Positions 58,639 through 64,000 of a stretch of DNA of 64,000 bases are shown piece by piece; position 1 is the stretch's first letter, and each line of letters opens with the position of its first letter. A program made the position numbers and the translations under genes. The notes under the pieces were generated by a model, which saw only the letters and a list, made by a program, of their open reading frames with translations, had not been told where the DNA came from and searched no databases. The DNA lies in assembly GCA_964454835.1 (NCBI GenBank), contig CAYVTU010000001.1, positions 22,020 to 86,019 on the forward strand, given 5' to 3'. This DNA is from an uncultured Brachyspira sp. (GTDB lineage: Bacteria > Spirochaetota > JAAYUW01).

Positions 58639-60410
58639 GAAAAAGAGGAAATAAAACAAAGAAAAAATACCCCATTTTCTATTCAGCAAGAATAGTAATA
58701 ATTGCTTTAATTCTATTTTATTTTCTTACAAATTCTATCTTTATTAATATATTTATAAAAACTTCAATATCACTTTTAAGTCAAAAAAAGATTGATTTTA
58801 GCAAATTGGATTTTTCTGAAGAAAAACCACTTGCTCCTATATTCAAATTATCATCTAGTATTTTTAGAATTGCTTTTTTGCAAATTCTTATTTTTTTTGT
58901 TATAGCGATTCCTTTTAAGGTTTATTTTTATCGTAAAAAGCGCAATTTGGATATAAATAAAAAAATTCATAACTTTGTTAAAAAGATTCTTTTGTTAACC
59001 CCCTGGATTTATTCTCTAATTTTTTTCATTTTATCTATTCTTTCTATTTATATATCAACAAAAACAATTGAATTAAATGAATTACAATTTCCAAATATTA
59101 ATGAATTTGCAATTGATATCGAAATAATATCTATCATCGCTTCATTTGTTTCAGCAATTTTTATACATTCATGGCAGAAATTCAGGGTACAACAATATTA
59201 TATGACTTATGTGTTTGAAGAAGATGAATTAAGGTTTTTTAAGGTCAAGCCACATTTTACAAGTATTAAATATAAATTAATGATAAGTAATATTGTTACA
59301 ACTTTTCTTCCTCTACTATTTTTATTTTTTACAGTATATTTAAATGTTTCTCATTTAGAACAAGTAGGGAAAATAGATAAAGACCAATTAAAATTAATTT
59401 TTGGTTCATTTTCAAAAATAATTCAAATTCAAGGTTATGATACATTAGATTTCTATGAGCAAATAAATATTGCATATCAGAAATTTCCAGCTTTATTTAA
59501 TTATTACTCTTCACTAGATACTGTTTTTATGTACTTTACTATAATTTCTAGTATAATCTCTGCATTAATCTATATTTTCATATTCTTAAGATTCAATACT
59601 GTATCAATAGTTAAGCCAATTGAAAGATTAGTCACAAATATGGAAAAGGTATCAAATCATGATTTTAATGCCTTTACATATGTTGAAACAACAGATGAAA
59701 TAGGACAGATGGTAGTTGGTTTTAATAAGATGTTAGTTGGTTTAAATGAGAAAGAAAAGATAAGAGATTTGTTTGGCCAATATTTAACAAAAGAGATATC
59801 AGATAAGATTCTTACAAGTGATGTTAATCTTGAAGGGGAATTATACGAAGCAACGATATTATTCTCAGATATTCGCGATTTTACAAAAATAACTCAAAAC
59901 ATTACTCCAGTCGAAACAATACAATTTTTGAATGATTATTTTAATGAAATGATAGAAGTTGCTGTGAAATATGAAGGAATAATAGATAAATTTATAGGAG
60001 ATGGTATGCTTGTTGTTTTTGGCATACCTTTTCAAAAACAAGACCATGCTACTAAAGCATTAAATGCTTCAATTGAAATGCAAAAAGCATTATCCTTATT
60101 GAATCAAAAGAGAGAAACAGAAGGGAAATTTCCTATAAAAATGGGCATTGGTCTTCATTCGGGACAAATTTTAGCAGGAAATATTGGAAATAAGAGAAAA
60201 CTTCAATATACTGTAATAGGAGATACTGTAAATGTGGCTTCAAGAATCGAAAGTCTAAATAAAGATTTTTCAAGCACAATATTATTAAGTGAAGATACCT
60301 ATAAAAAACTTGAACTAAATCAATTTGATATTAATAAATTTAAGATTCATGAAAATGTGGAAATCAGGGGAAAATCTGGAAAATTTAACTTATACTCATA
60401 TCAATCATAA
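58635..60410 (+). CDS. Membrane-bound class III adenylate cyclase with a HAMP domain
   Basis: Several TM helices; HAMP (DEIGQM..FNKM); FSDIRDFT, DKFIGDG and YTVIGDTVNVASR (K/T residues indicate ATP specificity). Confidence 0.92.
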   Translation: MRKRGNKTKKKYPIFYSARIVIIALILFYFLTNSIFINIFIKTSISLLSQKKIDFSKLDFSEEKPLAPIFKLSSSIFRIAFLQILIFFVIAIPFKVYFYRKKRNLDINKKIHNFVKKILLLTPWIYSLIFFILSILSIYISTKTIELNELQFPNINEFAIDIEIISIIASFVSAIFIHSWQKFRVQQYYMTYVFEEDELRFFKVKPHFTSIKYKLMISNIVTTFLPLLFLFFTVYLNVSHLEQVGKIDKDQLKLIFGSFSKIIQIQGYDTLDFYEQINIAYQKFPALFNYYSSLDTVFMYFTIISSIISALIYIFIFLRFNTVSIVKPIERLVTNMEKVSNHDFNAFTYVETTDEIGQMVVGFNKMLVGLNEKEKIRDLFGQYLTKEISDKILTSDVNLEGELYEATILFSDIRDFTKITQNITPVETIQFLNDYFNEMIEVAVKYEGIIDKFIGDGMLVVFGIPFQKQDHATKALNASIEMQKALSLLNQKRETEGKFPIKMGIGLHSGQILAGNIGNKRKLQYTVIGDTVNVASRIESLNKDFSSTILLSEDTYKKLELNQFDINKFKIHENVEIRGKSGKFNLYSYQS

Positions 60411-61585
60411 AGTTCATTAATTAAAGCTATGTATTCTTTTTTAAGCTGAACATTTCTTCTTTTCATTATTTTTTCAATATTTTTAAGGAGTAATGAATAA
60501 TCATAATTTTTTTCTTCACCCCACATTGCATGAGGTATTGTCTTAGATTTTGGAGACTCAAAAAGGATAGTGCATTCACCAATGATGGTGCCACAATTGA
60601 TCATAAGCCCTATCGAGCATTTTACATGGTCTCCAAAAAGAGAGCCCATCTTTATCTGACCACTGTCAACTATGTTTTTTCTCAACTCAAACTTAATATT
60701 TGAGTAATTGTTTTTTAAGTCTGATGTTGTAGTCATAGCCCCAATATTTACCCATTCTCCAAGGTATGAATGTCCTAAAAAACCAGTATGATGCTTATTT
60801 GAATAATCACTCACAATAGATGACTCAATTTCACCTGAAATTCTACAATTAAAACCTATTGTCACCTCATCATGAATATAAGCCCTATCTATAATTGAGT
60901 AAGGGCCTATAAAACAATTGCCTCTAATCTCAGAAAAAGCGTTTACCTGTGCTTCTTTATCTATTATTATTATTCCATCTTTAGGATCAAGTGAAGTCAA
61001 GGGGTGAATTTTTGCTTTTGGATGTATAAAAAGATTCGATGATTTATGTTTAAATAATTTGGCATTTGCTAAAAGAAAAAATATTCTATCCTGTTCAATA
61101 TATTTTTTTTGATTAGCAATTATATCAAACAGATATTTTATTGAATCTGCTTTCTCTACGTTTGAAGCTAAACTTAATAGCTCTGAATCATTATAATGCT
61201 CATAAAGATTTTTAGGATTGATTTTGGTTAATAATTTTTTATCTGTCCTGATAGCAAGAATTTCATTATTACTATCAGTTAAAGCACAATTTATCTTCAA
61301 ATTTTTCAAAGAAATAAAATCTAATAACCTGCTATTTATAAAAAGGACATCATCTGAATAATCATATACGGGATTATCCAGATTATTTTTATCAAGAAAA
61401 TATGTTAATTGGTTTTTTCTTGCAATAAAAGAGACAGATTTAATTTTTTCCTTTAATAAATAGCTTAAACTAAAAGCCTTTTGATAGATTTTTGTAAAAC
61501 CCGCATATAGATCAAAGATAGGATGAAAGGTAGATAATGGTTGAAAAAGCGTATTATAATAATCTTCATATAGAACAATATTCAT
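60401..61585 (-). CDS. GlmU-like putative sugar nucleotidyltransferase with hexapeptide repeats
   Basis: N-terminal VLYEDYY..FQPLST.HPIFDL; SNKHHTGFLGHSYLGEWVNIGA..SDLKNNY. Confidence 0.82.
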   Translation of the reverse strand: MNIVLYEDYYNTLFQPLSTFHPIFDLYAGFTKIYQKAFSLSYLLKEKIKSVSFIARKNQLTYFLDKNNLDNPVYDYSDDVLFINSRLLDFISLKNLKINCALTDSNNEILAIRTDKKLLTKINPKNLYEHYNDSELLSLASNVEKADSIKYLFDIIANQKKYIEQDRIFFLLANAKLFKHKSSNLFIHPKAKIHPLTSLDPKDGIIIIDKEAQVNAFSEIRGNCFIGPYSIIDRAYIHDEVTIGFNCRISGEIESSIVSDYSNKHHTGFLGHSYLGEWVNIGAMTTTSDLKNNYSNIKFELRKNIVDSGQIKMGSLFGDHVKCSIGLMINCGTIIGECTILFESPKSKTIPHAMWGEEKNYDYSLLLKNIEKIMKRRNVQLKKEYIALINELYD

Positions 61586-61687
61586 ATTGACCTCTTCACA
61601 GTTGATAATAAAAATATATTAAAATTAAAATAAATTAAAAATTAAATTAAAATAAGATAAAAAGATAACCAAAATTAAATAATTCTA

Positions 61688-63346
61688 TTAAAACACCTCT
61701 TCTCCTTTAAAAAAAGTCTTCAAAACTTTAGTTTCAAGTAGTTCTTCATCATCTTTTAAGTTAAATATATCTTTATTTAAAACTATAAAATCAGCATTAT
61801 ATCCTTCACTTAACATACCACTATTTAAGAACTGACTATAAGTATGAGAATAGTAAGTATAAGCCTTTACTGCATAAAATAAAGGAACAGATTCGGCTTT
61901 ATTAAGGGTAATGTTTTTTGATAAATTAAAACCACCATGTTTAATTGAGCTATATATTCCGAAAAAAGGATTTAACGGAGCTACTGGGTAATCAGTTGAA
62001 AAGGCAGGGAAGAGATTATTTTTTATCAAGGTATCGAATCTATATAGAAGTTTAATTCTGTCTTTTAGGTATTTATTGGCAGAAGAAATATCCTGATCTA
62101 TATGGACTGGTTGCATTACTATATTTACTTTTAAATATTTTAATTTCTGAATTGCTTCATCTGTAAGAGTTTGTGCATGTTCCATGCGAAGAGGTATTTT
62201 TGTATCGATGTTTCGTGCAAATTCAAAAAGATTAGCAATATCTATAGTTGCTCTATCACCTATAGCATGAACTGTAAGTCCGATTTGATTTTTTATGGCT
62301 TTTTCCGTTAAAATTTTTAATTGCTCAAATTCTATATTTGATTTTCCAATATTATTGCTACCATCATATGGCATTAACATCAGACCTGTTTGACTTCCTA
62401 GAGAACCATCGTATAATATTTTTAATCCACCTATTTTTAACTGGTCTGAGCCCATATTTGAAAACAATCCTAGAGATATAAAATTGTCCAGGGCGTCTTC
62501 AGGTATTGAAATCAAACATCTAAGAGCAAGACTATCTATTGGCATTTTTTGAAGATATCTAAAAGGGGAGTCAGAATAAAGACTAGAACAATCAGTAATT
62601 GCTGTAATACCATTTTGATTAAAAATTTTAACTACTTTTTTAATATTGTTTAAAATCTCTTCTTCATCAATTTGCTGTTTTATTGAAATAAGATAAGAGA
62701 TATATCTCATCGAGTTTTCCTGAAATATTCCAGTCATATCACCTGAATCATCTCTTTTAATTCCAGCTTTAAATTGAGTTTCGTCTATTTTAAGTTTATT
62801 CAAAACATTAATATCAGGGTTATCTAGATCCAATAGATCTATCGCTTTTTGATTTAACCATACTGAATGATAGTCTTTTGAAAATAAGATGATAGGAATC
62901 TTATTATAATTGGCAAGGTCAATCTTGGAAGGGTCATTTGATTTATCCATCCAGTTATTTTTATCCCAGCCTCCACCAGTAAGCCATCTACTTATATTGG
63001 AATTAATTATATTATCATAATACTCCTTTATAAGATCCAATGCATATTTAAATGATGTCGCACCGCTTAAATCAATATCATTTAAATGAAAAACAGGGTA
63101 CATGAAATGAACATGAGCATCGCAGAAAGAAGGAATGCAGATTTCATTATACAAATCAAAAATTTCAATTTTGCAATTTTTTTTCTCAAATCTTTTTATA
63201 GAAATTGGTTCATCTGATGTAAATACTATTTTGCCATCAATTGCAAGCATATAATTAAAGTAATCATTTTCAGAAAGCATCGAATAAAATTTCCCATTTT
63301 TAAAATATTGTACTTTCATAAAAATTTCCTTTAAAAAATTTTGCAC
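61688..63346 (-). CDS. Amidohydrolase_3 family protein (YtcJ-like)
   Basis: FCDAHVH, KILYDGSLGS, VHAIGDRA, RMEHAQ, STDYPV and ADFIVL. Confidence 0.9.
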   Translation of the reverse strand: MQNFLKEIFMKVQYFKNGKFYSMLSENDYFNYMLAIDGKIVFTSDEPISIKRFEKKNCKIEIFDLYNEICIPSFCDAHVHFMYPVFHLNDIDLSGATSFKYALDLIKEYYDNIINSNISRWLTGGGWDKNNWMDKSNDPSKIDLANYNKIPIILFSKDYHSVWLNQKAIDLLDLDNPDINVLNKLKIDETQFKAGIKRDDSGDMTGIFQENSMRYISYLISIKQQIDEEEILNNIKKVVKIFNQNGITAITDCSSLYSDSPFRYLQKMPIDSLALRCLISIPEDALDNFISLGLFSNMGSDQLKIGGLKILYDGSLGSQTGLMLMPYDGSNNIGKSNIEFEQLKILTEKAIKNQIGLTVHAIGDRATIDIANLFEFARNIDTKIPLRMEHAQTLTDEAIQKLKYLKVNIVMQPVHIDQDISSANKYLKDRIKLLYRFDTLIKNNLFPAFSTDYPVAPLNPFFGIYSSIKHGGFNLSKNITLNKAESVPLFYAVKAYTYYSHTYSQFLNSGMLSEGYNADFIVLNKDIFNLKDDEELLETKVLKTFFKGEEVF

Positions 63347-63422
63347 TAAACAGACATATTGTCAAATTATACTATGTTATCAATAATGAAATTTTGACGA
63401 AAAAGAAATGAGGAGGGAATAT

Positions 63423-64000
63423 TTGAAACAAGTAAAATCAATAGTTATTATTTTATTATTTTCCTTTACTTTTCTTTCTCAATCAATATATACAAAAATT
63501 TATTATGAGGGATCCATTAATCAATGGAATAATGTATATAAGGCTTATAATCTAGAAGAAGTTGATTTTAGAAATATGATATCTTTTAAAATCAAGGAAA
63601 ATGAAAAAGATTATGATGAAAATACAGATTTAATAATTCATTTTAATGAACAAAAAAAAGAAGAATTCAGAATTTTGGGTAATTATAAAATTTCAGATGC
63701 ACTTTATATTCCTAACTTAGATAACAAGGTTTATGGTAAAGCTTCTGCTAATTTTTCACTTGCTCATCATAAAGTTAAACTACTTCCTGAGAAGGGTTCC
63801 ATTTTTTATCCTGGTGAAAGAATAAATAGTTTTACCATATCTTTTTGGGTTTATCCTCAGTCGAGTTATGAGGGGAATGAGCTAATTTCATATTATAGTC
63901 CTGCTTATAACAGATCAACAGATAAAATAGAATATACTGGGTTAAAGATATATATTTTAGATAATCAAGTAAACATAAAATTCGATAACCTTTTTTTTAT
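63423..64000 (+). CDS. Exported protein, probably with a LamG/ConA-like domain, truncated by the window edge (absent from the ORF track)
   Basis: SD aggaggg, then TTG 63423 (in-frame ATG at 63408); signal peptide LKQVKSIVIILLFSFTFLS; frame open to the end; SFTISFWVYP motif. Confidence 0.7.
   Translation, partial: MKQVKSIVIILLFSFTFLSQSIYTKIYYEGSINQWNNVYKAYNLEEVDFRNMISFKIKENEKDYDENTDLIIHFNEQKKEEFRILGNYKISDALYIPNLDNKVYGKASANFSLAHHKVKLLPEKGSIFYPGERINSFTISFWVYPQSSYEGNELISYYSPAYNRSTDKIEYTGLKIYILDNQVNIKFDNLFF

Overview
64 kb of very AT-rich, gene-dense bacterial chromosome. Type-2 IleRS, tRNA-Arg(UCG), Maf and FapA flagellar proteins and a lipobox lipoprotein suggest a low-GC anaerobic spirochaete-like organism (inference only). 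It holds about 45 CDS and 10 tRNAs in three clusters. I found no rRNA, CRISPR array, integrase, transposase or reverse transcriptase. Core genes: ileS, tldD/pmbA, tig-clpP-clpX, thiI, prs, rlmH, an FtsI-like PBP and PBP1A. Purine-related genes: a BMP-type nucleoside ABC transporter, adenine deaminase and ssnA-ygeY-ygeW. Most notable candidates: (1) an operon of three extended SDRs and a CPBP protein, one SDR fused to a divergent PlsC-like acyltransferase, possibly an uncharacterised lipid pathway; (2) a radical SAM protein carrying the GCMR and CC motifs of archaeal-type LipS1 lipoyl synthase; (3) two unusual sensors, a soluble PBP2-fold/HisKA/REC/Hpt hybrid kinase and a membrane sensor whose only output is a 4-Cys/His domain; (4) an FG-GAP + POTRA/barrel + ABC-2 cassette; (5) a 68% GC hairpin element just upstream of pbp1A; (6) a surface lipoprotein with mosaic, recently duplicated repeats; (7) a Pr6Pr pseudogene next to tRNA-Leu. 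All family calls come from reading motifs by eye; no database searches were run.
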